Source: Myxococcota bacterium (GTDB lineage: Bacteria; Myxococcota_A; UBA9160; SZUA-336). Taken from it: a stretch of DNA of 64,000 nt. The stretch covers positions 192,001-256,000 of the forward strand of contig CBDFGR010000002.1 of NCBI GenBank assembly GCA_965247115.1. Reading direction: 5' to 3'. Below, one piece after another: positions 28,988 to 40,466 of the stretch. Numbering within the stretch: the first letter of the stretch is position 1; the number at the start of each line of letters is the position of its first letter. The notes under the pieces were generated by a model that searched no databases, was not told the DNA's origin, and worked only from the letters and a program-made list of their open reading frames with translations. A program made the translations under genes and the position numbers.

Positions 28988-29664
28988 ACGGGATCCACGA
29001 TCTCGGCGGCATGCACGGCTTTGGACGCGTGCCTATCGAGGAGAGCGCCCCGTACCACGCAGCGTGGGAGCTGCGCGTTGCAGCCATCATGCTGGGGCTG
29101 CTGCGTCGAGGCCTCTACAACCTCGATGCGTTCCGACATGGAATCGAGAGCATGGAACCGGGCCATTACCTGCGGGCGAGCTACTTCGAGCGCTGGCGCA
29201 CGTCGGTCGAGCAGAACCTGATCCGGAGTGGAGCGCTCCGCGCAGACGACCTGGACGAACGCCGTCGAACCATCGACCAGGGCACGAAGCCGCCGACACC
29301 TCAGCAAGGTCGGGACGAAGCGCACGCACCGCCTCTCGGCCAACGACCGGGCTTCGTCCGAGAGATCGACGCCCCGCCTCGCTTTCGCAACGGAGAGCGC
29401 GTCCGAACGCGCAACCTGAATCCCGCCGGGCACACGCGCCTTCCCGGCTACGCGCGCGAAAAGAGCGGCCGCATCGATCGTGTGTATCCTGGCTTTGTGT
29501 TCCCCGACACGAATGCCCACGGGAAGGGTGAGAATCCACAGTACCTCTACAACGTCCGCTTCGAGGCGTCTGAGCTCTGGGGCGACGCTGCCGAGCCGGC
29601 TTCCTCGGTGGCCATCGACCTGTTCGAGAGCTACCTCGAGCCCACACTGGAGGAGCGCGAATGA
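28984..29664 (+). CDS. nthB: Nitrile hydratase beta subunit
   Basis: MNGIHDLGGMHGFG, FRHGIESM, YFERW and HTRLPGYAR..FPDTNAHG motifs. Confidence 0.95.
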   Translation: MNGIHDLGGMHGFGRVPIEESAPYHAAWELRVAAIMLGLLRRGLYNLDAFRHGIESMEPGHYLRASYFERWRTSVEQNLIRSGALRADDLDERRRTIDQGTKPPTPQQGRDEAHAPPLGQRPGFVREIDAPPRFRNGERVRTRNLNPAGHTRLPGYAREKSGRIDRVYPGFVFPDTNAHGKGENPQYLYNVRFEASELWGDAAEPASSVAIDLFESYLEPTLEERE

Positions 29665-30242
29665 GCGACGACCAGCAATCCCTGCGCACCGAGGCCCTCG
29701 AGTCCCTGCTGAGAGAGAAAGGCCTGGTGGATTCGAGCGTGATCGACGGAGTGGTTGAGCGCTATGAGAACGACCTCGGCCCCATGATCGGGGCACGCGT
29801 CGTGGCGCGAGCATGGCGCGACGCGGACTACAAAGCGCGCCTCCTCCAGAACGCTCCGGCCGCCCTCGCCGAGCTCGGCATCGAAGCGGTCGAGGAGGCA
29901 CAGCTCGTCGTCGTGGAGAACACGACGCAGGTCCACAACGTCGTGGTCTGCACGCTGTGTTCCTGCTACCCCTGGTCTGTCCTCGGCCTGCCGCCGAGCT
30001 GGTACAAGGACCCTGCGTACCGTTCCCGGGTCGTCCGCGAGCCCCGCGTGGTGCTCGCAGAGTTCGGTCTCGCGCTGGGGGCGGACGCCGAGGTGCGGGT
30101 CTGGGACAGCAGCGCAGAGGTCCGCTACATGGTGCTCCCGCAGCCTCCCGCGGGCGCGGAAGGACTGAGCGAGCCCGAGCTCATGGAGCTCGCCAGCCGG
30201 GACTCCCTGATCGGCACCGCGCTCGCCGGGCCGCGGGCATGA
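29661..30242 (+). CDS. nthA: Nitrile hydratase alpha subunit, cobalt type
   Basis: VCTLCSCYPW metal-binding motif (Thr/Tyr = Co type), GARVVARAW and RYMVLP motifs. Confidence 0.95.
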   Translation: MSDDQQSLRTEALESLLREKGLVDSSVIDGVVERYENDLGPMIGARVVARAWRDADYKARLLQNAPAALAELGIEAVEEAQLVVVENTTQVHNVVVCTLCSCYPWSVLGLPPSWYKDPAYRSRVVREPRVVLAEFGLALGADAEVRVWDSSAEVRYMVLPQPPAGAEGLSEPELMELASRDSLIGTALAGPRA

Positions 30243-30589
30243 GCGACGACGAAGTTCGCCCCCTACCCATCGATGGCCCGGGCGCGCCGCCGCGCAAGAA
30301 CGGAGAGCTCGTCTTCGCTGCACCCTGGGAGGGACGCGCCTTCGGCATTGCGATGGCCCTGTGCGATCGGGAGCTGTTCCGCTGGGACGAATTCCGCCGG
30401 GAGCTGATCGCCGAGATTGCCAGCTGGGAGCGCGCCCATCCCGACGGCGTCGGCTGGAGCTACTACGCCCGCTGGCTGGCCGCTCTGGAGATCCTGCTCG
30501 CGGACAAGCGCATCATGGCGCCAGTAGACCTCGACCTCCGGGAGCAGGAGCTCGCCGCCCGCCCCGAAGGGCACGATCACCGCCACTAG
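30239..30589 (+). CDS. Nitrile hydratase accessory/activator protein (P14K-like)
   Basis: ELVFAAPWEGRAFG, YYARWLAALE and His-rich C-terminus; ATGA-coupled to nthA. Confidence 0.9.
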   Translation: MSDDEVRPLPIDGPGAPPRKNGELVFAAPWEGRAFGIAMALCDRELFRWDEFRRELIAEIASWERAHPDGVGWSYYARWLAALEILLADKRIMAPVDLDLREQELAARPEGHDHRH

Positions 30590-30609
30590 GCTGTCCCGAG
30601 TCCGGACCC

Positions 30610-31641
30610 CTACGCCTGCGCAACGCCAAGGCTGAGGCCGGGATCCATGCCCGCGGCCTCGCGGAGAGCCGCCTTGGTGTAGAGCTCTGCCATCTTGCCT
30701 CGCCAGGGGGCCTGGAAGTCGGTGTTGTCGAGAGGGGTCGCGACTCGGCGGGCCAGACGTGCGGCGGTCGCTATGCCGCCCTCAGTCAGGGCCTCGCCCT
30801 CCAGTGAGCGCTCCGCTTCGCTGGCCGCCACGGGACGGGACGCGACCGCTCCGAGGAAGATCCTGGCTCGTTCGACGTTTCCTCCGGCATCGGTCCAGAG
30901 GGCAACCGCGACGGAGAGGACAGCGAAGTCGATGGCGCCTCGGCGCCGCAGCTTCCAGAAGGCCGAGCGACACCGTCCGCTGTCAGCTTCGGCCGGCACG
31001 AGAATATCTCCAATGATCTCGTCAGGCTGTTTGCTCAGGTAGTCGATTCCATCGTTCCGGAACAGGTCGGAAATTGGGATGGTTCGCTCTCCGTCGGCCG
31101 AGATCAGCTGCACTCGGGCCCCGAGGGCGCAAAGAATCGGGGCGGCATCACTCGCCGAGTGGGCCCAGCAAAGCGGCGAGCGAGGTGCAACCCAGCATAC
31201 CGTGCCCTCCTTTTTCAGACAGTAGTCCACCGAACGGCGCCAGCTTTCGCTCTGGTTGTAGTACGTGCAGCGCGTATCTACACAGAGGTTCCCACCGAGT
31301 GTGCCGAGGTTGCGCAGCGGCGGCGAAGAGATACTCGCCACCGCGCGCGCGAGCGAAGGGTAGCGCTCGCTCGCGAGCGAGCTGTCGAGCACGTCGCTGA
31401 GCAGCGAGGTCGCGCCGATGCGCAGCTCCGCACCGCCCGTGCCGTTCCTCACGCCGCGAAGCTCGGGAATCGCCATCAGGCTGACGACGCTGTGCGGTTG
31501 ATGCAGGCCTCGCTTCAGGTTCGGCCACAGATCCGTCCCACCCGCGACCAGCAACGCCTCGGGGCCCTCGCCTTGGAGCATCTTCGCGGCCTCCACCGCA
31601 TTCCGCGGCCGGCGCAGCTCAAACTCTGGCAGACGAAGCAT
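30610..31641 (-). CDS. hcrB: 4-hydroxybenzoyl-CoA reductase-like FAD/4Fe-4S subunit
   Basis: AGGTDL plus the HcrB-type Cys insertion GGNLCVDTRCTYYNQS..CLK..C..C; LRRRGAIDFA. Confidence 0.82.
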   Translation of the reverse strand: MLRLPEFELRRPRNAVEAAKMLQGEGPEALLVAGGTDLWPNLKRGLHQPHSVVSLMAIPELRGVRNGTGGAELRIGATSLLSDVLDSSLASERYPSLARAVASISSPPLRNLGTLGGNLCVDTRCTYYNQSESWRRSVDYCLKKEGTVCWVAPRSPLCWAHSASDAAPILCALGARVQLISADGERTIPISDLFRNDGIDYLSKQPDEIIGDILVPAEADSGRCRSAFWKLRRRGAIDFAVLSVAVALWTDAGGNVERARIFLGAVASRPVAASEAERSLEGEALTEGGIATAARLARRVATPLDNTDFQAPWRGKMAELYTKAALREAAGMDPGLSLGVAQA

Positions 31642-34135
31642 GCTTCCTCCTCGCCAGGGCCTCTTCTCGCCTGCTCATGGTTCCGTCCGCCCGGAGGGAG
31701 CTCTTGCTGCGCGGGTCGTCCAGGCTGCGACCGTCTCCGCCCTCCTGCGGTGTCGGGATGCGCAGCGGTGGACCCACATCGAACTCGGGAAACGCTGTCG
31801 GGCCGAAGCGCGCGGGCTTGCCCTGCGCTTTCGCCTCGAGCGCTTTCGCGATCATGTGCGGGTGGATCGGCACCTGGTCGATCCGGGCGCCGACAGCGTC
31901 GAAGATCGCGTTGGCGACGGCCGGCATCACCGGGAGCAGCGGTCCCTGCCCCGCTTCCTTCGCACCGAATGGTCCCTTCGGGTCCGCATCCTCGATGATG
32001 TAGCTCGTCACGCCCGGCATCTCGTGGAAGGTGGGACTCTTGTACTCGAGCATCGTCGGATGCCGGTGCACGAGCGCCTCCGACAGGCGCGGCGTCAGGC
32101 GCCGAAACGCCTGCTCCTCCATGAGGGCCTCTCCGAGTCCCATGTAGACGCTGCCCTCGATCTGGCCCAGCACCAGCACGGGGTTGATGGCCGTACCAAC
32201 GTCGTGAGCGATCCAGACGTGCTCGACCCGATACTGACCGGTGGACGGTTCGACCTCGACCTCGATCACGGCGGCGGAGTACGAGTAGGTTGGGGAGGGT
32301 CCGACACCAGAGCCGCGATAGCGTCCCGGCGCGCGAGGCGGTGTGTAGGAGCCCGGTGTCGCCAGCGTGCCGTAGCGCGTCTCCGCCGCAACGACCGCAT
32401 GCGCGAAGCTCATACCCCGCTCGGGGTCCGCGCTGTCGAAGACCCGGCCAGCGGCAAAGACCAGGCGCTCTGCAGGAACCTCCAGCTCCTCGGCGACGGC
32501 CAGGGCCAGCTGCTCGCGCGCACGCTCCGCAGCCTCGAGTGCGGCGTTCCCCGCCATGAGCGTCACGCGCGAGGAGTAGCTGCCGAGGTCGACCGGTGTC
32601 AGCCCCGTGTCCGCGCCGAAGACCCGCACGTCCGCGAGCTCGACGCCCAGCACCTCGGCGACGATCGCGGCCATCACGCTATCGCTGCCCTGCCCGATCT
32701 CCGTCTGCCCACACAGGATCGCAACGCTCCCGCTGCGGTCGAGCTGAACGACCGCGCCCGATTGCGGCATGTGGTTCCAGTTGATGGGAAGTCCCGCTCC
32801 GGTCAGGTAGGAGCTGCAGGCCAGACCCAGGCCGCGTCCCTCCGGCAGCTTGCCGTAGCGCTCTCGCCAGCCGCTGCCCGACACGACGGCCTCGATGGCG
32901 CGGCCCAATCCGACCGTACCGAGCTGCAGCCAGTTCGCCGTCACCGAATCGGGGCTCACCAGGTTCTGCAGACGCAGGTCCGCGGGATCCATGCCGAGCC
33001 GTTCCGCAGCCTTATCGAGCTGGATCTCCAGCGCAAATCGCGGCTGCGGCGTGCCGTGACCGCGCTTGGGCCCGCACGGCGGCTTGTTCGTGAAGGCGCG
33101 AATCCCATCAAAACGATAGCGGGGCAGTTCGTACGTCACCGTCTGCAACGCCCCGGTGTACAGCAGGCTAGCGGCGCCGTAGCTGCCGTAGGCCCCACCA
33201 TCGAGGGCAGACTCCAGATGCTGTCCCGTCATGGACCCGTCGCTGCGAAAGCCGGTCTTGATGCGCATCTGGACCGGATGCCGTCCCCGATGACAGTAGA
33301 AGACCTCTTCGCGATTGAGCGCACACTTGACCGGGCGACCGAGATCGAGTGCAAGCTTCGCCACGATGATCTCGTGCTGAAACGGATCCGTCTTCCCTCC
33401 GAAGCCTCCGCCCGAGGGGGCGGCAATCACCCGGATCCGCGCGGGCGGCAAGTCGAGCACCGCCGCCAGGGCGACGTGGACGTAGTGAGGAACCTGCGTA
33501 GAGGCGTAGACCGTGATGCGGTCGTCCCCGTCGGGAAGGGCGACGGCTGCATGCTGCTCGAGGGGCAGGTGCGTGCTGCCGTCGTAGAAGAACAGATCCT
33601 CGAGGATCAGGTCCGCCTCGTCGAAGCCCGCCTCGACATCGCCAAACGATAGCGACGCGGAACGGTGTATGTTTCCCTCGACACCGTAGTCCTGGATACG
33701 GGGCTCGGGAGTCGCGAGTGCGTTTTCCACGCTCGAGATCGTCGTGAGAGCCTCGTACTCGACATCGACTGCCAGGGCCGCAGCCTGCGCCTGCTCTTCG
33801 GTGAGCGCCGCCACCGCGGCCACGGGCTCGCCAACGTGACGGACCCGATCGACCGCGAGGGCGGTCTCGTCTCGCGAGACGGGCATGATGCCGTAGCGAT
33901 TGGGCAGGTCCTTTCCGGTGATTACCGCGAGCACGCCGGGCATGGCCTCCGCCTGCGAGCATTCAACGGAAACGATGCGAGCGTGCGGAACGGTGCTCCG
34001 GGTGAGCGACGCGTGGACCATACGGGGAAAGACCAGGTCGTCGGCGTAACGGGTCTCGCCGGTGACCTTGGCGCGCGCGTCGATGCGGCGAAACGGAGTC
34101 CCGATCACGCTTCGGCCGCCGCGAGCGGTGCCCAT
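31619..34135 (-). CDS. hcrA: 4-hydroxybenzoyl-CoA reductase-like molybdopterin subunit (xanthine oxidase family)
   Basis: KVTGETRYADD, GGGFGGK, RGHG, EIGQG, GSYSSR and GQIEG motifs; start at 34135 or 34108. Confidence 0.8.
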   Translation of the reverse strand: MGTARGGRSVIGTPFRRIDARAKVTGETRYADDLVFPRMVHASLTRSTVPHARIVSVECSQAEAMPGVLAVITGKDLPNRYGIMPVSRDETALAVDRVRHVGEPVAAVAALTEEQAQAAALAVDVEYEALTTISSVENALATPEPRIQDYGVEGNIHRSASLSFGDVEAGFDEADLILEDLFFYDGSTHLPLEQHAAVALPDGDDRITVYASTQVPHYVHVALAAVLDLPPARIRVIAAPSGGGFGGKTDPFQHEIIVAKLALDLGRPVKCALNREEVFYCHRGRHPVQMRIKTGFRSDGSMTGQHLESALDGGAYGSYGAASLLYTGALQTVTYELPRYRFDGIRAFTNKPPCGPKRGHGTPQPRFALEIQLDKAAERLGMDPADLRLQNLVSPDSVTANWLQLGTVGLGRAIEAVVSGSGWRERYGKLPEGRGLGLACSSYLTGAGLPINWNHMPQSGAVVQLDRSGSVAILCGQTEIGQGSDSVMAAIVAEVLGVELADVRVFGADTGLTPVDLGSYSSRVTLMAGNAALEAAERAREQLALAVAEELEVPAERLVFAAGRVFDSADPERGMSFAHAVVAAETRYGTLATPGSYTPPRAPGRYRGSGVGPSPTYSYSAAVIEVEVEPSTGQYRVEHVWIAHDVGTAINPVLVLGQIEGSVYMGLGEALMEEQAFRRLTPRLSEALVHRHPTMLEYKSPTFHEMPGVTSYIIEDADPKGPFGAKEAGQGPLLPVMPAVANAIFDAVGARIDQVPIHPHMIAKALEAKAQGKPARFGPTAFPEFDVGPPLRIPTPQEGGDGRSLDDPRSKSSLRADGTMSRREEALARRKHASSARV

Positions 34136-34139
34136 CCGG

Positions 34140-34682
34140 TCAGCCACCCGGTGTCTTCGGTGGGAACGATGCCCCGAAGAACGCTTCCCGCGGGGGCTCT
34201 TTCGATTCCCCCCGCAGCAGCGCTCCCGCCCACTCCACGGCCTGAACGATCCGCCCGTAGCCCGTACAGCGACACAGATTTCCGCCAAGAGCTTCGCTGA
34301 TCTCGGCCTCGCTCGGAGACGCATTCGCAGCGAGCAGGGCCTTCGCCGTCATCAACATCCCCGGCGTACAGTACCCACACTGTGCAGCGCCCAGATCGGC
34401 GAACGCGGCCTGCAGCGGATGCAGCTCAGGCCCGCTCTGGAGACCCTCCACCGTCTCGATCGAGCGTCCCTCTAGCTCAGCGGTCAGCACGAGACAGGAG
34501 AACACGCTCTTCCCGTCCAGCAGTACCGCGCAAGCGCCACACTCGCCAAGCTCGCAGCCGTGCTTGGTACCGGTCAGACCGCACTCTTCGCGCAGCACCT
34601 CGAGCAGCGTGTGGTGGGTGGGGAACGCCAACGTTCGTTCCTGGCCGTTGATTCGCAACGTCGCGATCGTCGTGTCACCCAA
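34140..34682 (-). CDS. hcrC: 4-hydroxybenzoyl-CoA reductase-like 2x[2Fe-2S] subunit
   Basis: TGTKHGCELGECGAC, QCGYCTPG and NLCRCTGY motifs; start uncertain. Confidence 0.82.
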   Translation of the reverse strand: MGDTTIATLRINGQERTLAFPTHHTLLEVLREECGLTGTKHGCELGECGACAVLLDGKSVFSCLVLTAELEGRSIETVEGLQSGPELHPLQAAFADLGAAQCGYCTPGMLMTAKALLAANASPSEAEISEALGGNLCRCTGYGRIVQAVEWAGALLRGESKEPPREAFFGASFPPKTPGG

Positions 34683-34786
34683 CTCGGTCGCCCTCCGCGA
34701 ACGGCAGCGCAGCCCAGAATGGTAGCACGGGCTCATTGGACCGCCCCCGGTGCGAGATCTTCGGCCGACAGTTAGAATCGTCGCCG

Positions 34787-36316
34787 ATGGGTTCGCTGAT
34801 CCCGTCCGAGGAAGCTCCGTACAACGCGGGCGCGGCGTTGCTGGAACGAGCTGCGGCTGGCGGCTCGAGGCCGCTCTTGCGCTGCGAAGCTCGCAACTGC
34901 AGCGGCGACGAGCTGGTCGCCCGAACGCTCGCGGTGCAGCGAGAACTCGAGGCGGCCGGGCTGCTTGCCGGGGACCGCGTGCTGCTTTCGGTTCGCGACA
35001 CGCCGGCGTTCTACGCGATGTTTCTCGGGGCGATGCGGGGCGGGCTCATCCCGATCCCGGTCTCGACGCTCCTTCCGCCAAAGGATCTGGCCTTCATTGC
35101 ACACGATGCCGAGGTGCGCGCGGTCGTACTGGACGCTGCGCTGCCCTCGGCCTCGCGGGAGGCCGAGCTGTATCCGCGCGGTGTGGAGCTCCGGCGCGTC
35201 GATGGCTGGGAGATCGAGGGAGTAGAGCCAGGGCACGCGGCTCCGGCGCCCGCCGAGACTCGGGCGGCGGACCCCGCGTTCTGGCTCTATACCTCAGGCA
35301 CGACCGGCGAGCCCAAGGGCGTCATCCACCGCCATGTCGACTTGCCCTTTACGGCGCAGACGTACGGGCGCGAGGTTCTGGAGATCGGTCCGGCCGATCG
35401 GATCTTCTCCGCGCCAAAGCTGTTCTTCGCGTTCGGCCTCGGCAACGCCCTGACCTTCCCGCTCTTCCTCGGCGCGCAGACCGTGCTCCACCCCGAGCGC
35501 CCGCAGCCGGAGTCCGTGTTCGCGCTGCTCCAGAGCGAAGAGCCCACGGTGTTCTTCGGTGTGCCAACGTTGTTTGCCGCGCTGCTCGCCCACCCAGATC
35601 TGCCTGAGTCGCTCGGTCCGCTGCGCATGTGCGTCTCGGCCGGCGAGGCCCTCGCCCCCGCCCTGTACGAGCGCTGGTTGGAACGCTTTGGAGTAGAGAT
35701 CATCGATACGCTCGGAACCACCGAGATGCTCCACGGCTTCATCTCCAACCGACCGGGAGCGGTGCGGCCGGGCTCTAGCGGCGTCGCCGTTCCCGGAATG
35801 GAGCTGCGAATCGTGGATGAGGCAGGCACGGACGTCCCACGGGGCGAGGTCGGTACCCTGCTCGTCAAGGGAGCGAGCGCGGCGCGCGCGTACCACAACA
35901 GACCAGAGCAAACGGCGCGCACCATGCTCCCCGGTGGCTGGCTTCGAACCGGTGACAGCTACCGGCAAGACGACGATGGCTTCTATTACTACATGGGACG
36001 GGGCGACGACCTGATCAAGGTGAGCGGTCAGTTCGTCTCCCCGATCGAGGTCGAGGCGACGCTCATCGCCCACCCCCGTGTGGTCGAGGCCGCCGTGGTC
36101 GGACAGGCGGACGAGTACGGCTTGCTCAAGCCCAAGGCCTTCGTGGTGCTGAACGATGCCGCGGCAAGCGACGCAGTCGCCGCAGAGCTCCAGGCCTTCG
36201 TCAAGTCGCGCATCGCGCCGCACAAGTATCCGCGCTGGATCGAGTTCGTCGACGCGCTCCCGAAGACGGCGACAGGAAAGATCCAGCGCTTCTTGCTGCG
36301 CAAGGAGTCCACATGA
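34787..36316 (+). CDS. Benzoate-CoA ligase family protein
   Basis: FWLYTSGTTGEPKG, KLFFAFGLGN, SAGEAL and HKYPRWIEFVDALPKTATGKIQRF motifs; next to boxC. Confidence 0.9.
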   Translation: MGSLIPSEEAPYNAGAALLERAAAGGSRPLLRCEARNCSGDELVARTLAVQRELEAAGLLAGDRVLLSVRDTPAFYAMFLGAMRGGLIPIPVSTLLPPKDLAFIAHDAEVRAVVLDAALPSASREAELYPRGVELRRVDGWEIEGVEPGHAAPAPAETRAADPAFWLYTSGTTGEPKGVIHRHVDLPFTAQTYGREVLEIGPADRIFSAPKLFFAFGLGNALTFPLFLGAQTVLHPERPQPESVFALLQSEEPTVFFGVPTLFAALLAHPDLPESLGPLRMCVSAGEALAPALYERWLERFGVEIIDTLGTTEMLHGFISNRPGAVRPGSSGVAVPGMELRIVDEAGTDVPRGEVGTLLVKGASAARAYHNRPEQTARTMLPGGWLRTGDSYRQDDDGFYYYMGRGDDLIKVSGQFVSPIEVEATLIAHPRVVEAAVVGQADEYGLLKPKAFVVLNDAAASDAVAAELQAFVKSRIAPHKYPRWIEFVDALPKTATGKIQRFLLRKEST

Positions 36317-37923
36317 CCGACCCCGGCGCCCCCGCCAGCTTCGACACGTCGCCCGAGCGCTATCGCCACTGGCAGCTATCGATCGCCGGGCGTGTCGCAC
36401 GCCTGGCCCTGGCGGTCGACGAGTCGGCAGCACTGATGGACGAGGCCCTCCTCAAGCTGAACAGCTACGACCTGGGCGTCGACGTAGAGCTCAGAGACGC
36501 GGTACGTCGGCTGCGCCTGGAGCACCCCGAGGTGGCCTGCGTTGTGATCGAGAGTGCGCTCCCCGACATCTTCTGCGCGGGCGCGAACATAGCCACGCTA
36601 GCTGGCTTCTCGCACCCGCTGAAAGTGAACTTCTGCAAGCTGACCAACGAGACACGCCTGGCGCTTGAGGACGCGACCGCTGCGGGCCAGACCTACGTAG
36701 CTGCGCTGCGAGGTACGGCCAGCGGTGGCGGGTACGAGCTTGCGCTCGCCTGCGCGCGCATCCTGCTCGTGGACGATCGTCGCTCGGCCGTCAGCCTCCC
36801 GGAGCTGCCACTTCTCGGCGTGCTGCCAGGAACGGGGGGCGTCACCCGCCTGGTCGACAAGCGAGGCGTGCGCCGCGACGTTGCGGACCAGTTCTGCACG
36901 CTCGAGGAGGGCGTACGGGCGCCGCGGGCGCTCGAGTGGAACCTGGTGGACGCAATCGCACCGCCGAGCGGGTTCGACGCGCTGCTCGCGGACGAGATCT
37001 CCCGCATCCTCGCCGCAGCGGGTCCGGCACCCAGCGCCGAGCCTGTCGCCATGGGTCCGATCGAGCCCGAGCTCGAGGAAGCCACGCTCTGCTATACACA
37101 TGTCAGGGTCGACCTGGACCCCGAGAGCCGCACCGCGCGCATCCGGGTCGGGGTTCCCGAAGCCGCGAGCGGCGACGCGCTCACCGCAGCCGTGCGCCTG
37201 GCTCGCGAGCTCGACGACGCCTGCCTGCGTTTGCGCTTCCACTACCCCGAGCTTGGCGTGTGGCTGTTGTACACGGTGGGCGAGGCCGACGACGCGAGGG
37301 CGCTCGATGCCGCGCTCAGCGGGGAAAGCTGGCTGGCGGACCAGGCGCGCGCGTTGCTGGCTCAGGTCTTCAAACGCGTCGAGAACTCGGCGCGCAGCTG
37401 CTTCGCGCTGATCGAGCCCGGCTCTTGCTTCGTCGGCACCTTCTTCGAGCTCGCGCTACTGGCCGATCGCAGCTACATGCTCGATGGCGACGATGACCTG
37501 GCGATCGAGCTCAGCCCGACGAACGGCGGTGCGTTTCCGATGGCGAACGGCAGGACGCGCCTCGAGACGCGCTTCCACGGAGACCCGAAAGCCCGCGACA
37601 GAGCTCTGGCAACCAGCGGACCGATCACTGCGGGCCAGGCACTCGGCCTCGGGCTGCTGTCGGTGGCGCTGGACGACATTGATTACGCGGACGAGGTACG
37701 GATCGCGATCGAGGAGCGCGCCAGCTTCTCTCCGGACGCACTGACCGGACTGGAGGCGAACCTGCGTCTCCCCGGTCCGGAGACGCTGGAGACGAAAATC
37801 TTCGGACGTCTCTCCGCCTGGCAGAACTGGATCTTCCAACGGCCAAACGCCACGGGTCCCGAGGGTGCGCTGCGGAGCTTCGGCCAGCCTCGGCGACCCA
37901 AGTTCGATTGGAGGCGAACGTAG
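36313..37923 (+). CDS. boxC: 2,3-epoxybenzoyl-CoA dihydrolase
   Basis: LKLNSYDLGVDVEL, KVNFCKLTNETR and ETKIFGRLSAWQNWIFQRPNA motifs. Confidence 0.93.
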   Translation: MTDPGAPASFDTSPERYRHWQLSIAGRVARLALAVDESAALMDEALLKLNSYDLGVDVELRDAVRRLRLEHPEVACVVIESALPDIFCAGANIATLAGFSHPLKVNFCKLTNETRLALEDATAAGQTYVAALRGTASGGGYELALACARILLVDDRRSAVSLPELPLLGVLPGTGGVTRLVDKRGVRRDVADQFCTLEEGVRAPRALEWNLVDAIAPPSGFDALLADEISRILAAAGPAPSAEPVAMGPIEPELEEATLCYTHVRVDLDPESRTARIRVGVPEAASGDALTAAVRLARELDDACLRLRFHYPELGVWLLYTVGEADDARALDAALSGESWLADQARALLAQVFKRVENSARSCFALIEPGSCFVGTFFELALLADRSYMLDGDDDLAIELSPTNGGAFPMANGRTRLETRFHGDPKARDRALATSGPITAGQALGLGLLSVALDDIDYADEVRIAIEERASFSPDALTGLEANLRLPGPETLETKIFGRLSAWQNWIFQRPNATGPEGALRSFGQPRRPKFDWRRT

Positions 37924-37997
37924 AGAGAACATGGCCGTGCCGCGCCGCTACGCGCTATCCTGACCACGCTTGAGCGCCCCCACGTATGGGAAGACAC

Positions 37998-39413
<1,416 letters not shown>

Positions 39414-40466
39414 GGGCGAGCACGCTCCGTAGGGTCTCCGTGTCGATGTTCCCACCGGTCAGGATCATCGCCACGCGCTGTCCCTGCAGTCGCTCGCGGA
39501 GCAGGTCGAGCCCGGCCAGTCCCGCCGCGCCGGCGGCTTCCGCCAGGTTGTGCGTGTAGCGCAAGAGCTCGCGAATCGCCTTGGCCAGCGCGTCTTCGCT
39601 CACCGTCACGAAATCGTCGACTTCGCGCCAGATGAGCTCGAGCGTCAGCTCGGCCGGCACGCGCGTGGCGAGGCCGTCGGCGATCGTGTCGGCGGAGTCG
39701 GTGGTGACGACGCGCTTCTCTCGCCACGAGAGGTAGATCGAGGCAGCGCGCTCGGCCTGGACGCCGATCACTCGGGTCTCCGGGCTCAGCACCCCGCGGA
39801 CGACGCACGTCCCGCAGATGCCGGAGCCGAGCCCGACGGGCACGATCACGGCATCGAGACCGGGGACGTCCTCGAAGAGCTCCAGCGCGTACGTGCCCAC
39901 ACCGGCGATCAGCAGCGGCTCGTTCGCGGAGTGCACGTAACGCAGACTCTGCTCCCGGGCAAGCTCCTCCACGTGCAGGCGAGCCTCGTCGAAGTCCACG
40001 CCGTGCTCGATCAGCTCCGCGCCCCAGGCGCGCATCGCCTCGTTCTTCTCGGGATTGTTGCCGTGCGGTACCACGAGGACGGCCCGCGCATCGAATAGCC
40101 GCGCCGCGTATGCGAGCGAGAGACCGTGGTTGCCGCGCGTTGCCGAGATGACGCCTCGGACCCGTTCCTCCGCGGAGAGCGACGCGAGCAGGTTGATGCC
40201 GCCGCGAACCTTGAACGCCCCCACGGGCTGGTGGTTCTCGTGCTTGATGAAGAGCTCGCACCCCAGCCGTTCGGAGAGCGCCGGGTACGAGAACACCGGG
40301 GTCCGAGGCAAGTGGCGCATCACGATCTCCCGCGCGCGCAGCACGTCGTCGTAGCTCGGTCCTTCCACGGAGACCGGCCAGCGTACACACAATCGCGACC
40401 AGCGTCGACTTGGCCGCTTCGACCAGCCGGTGATACGATCGCGTGCAAGAGGGGGCTGGCGCGGCG

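Noticed and set aside
29661..30242. NHLP-type RiPP precursor
   Set aside because: Retains the CTLCSC metal site and has beta subunit and activator genes, so it is a true nitrile hydratase
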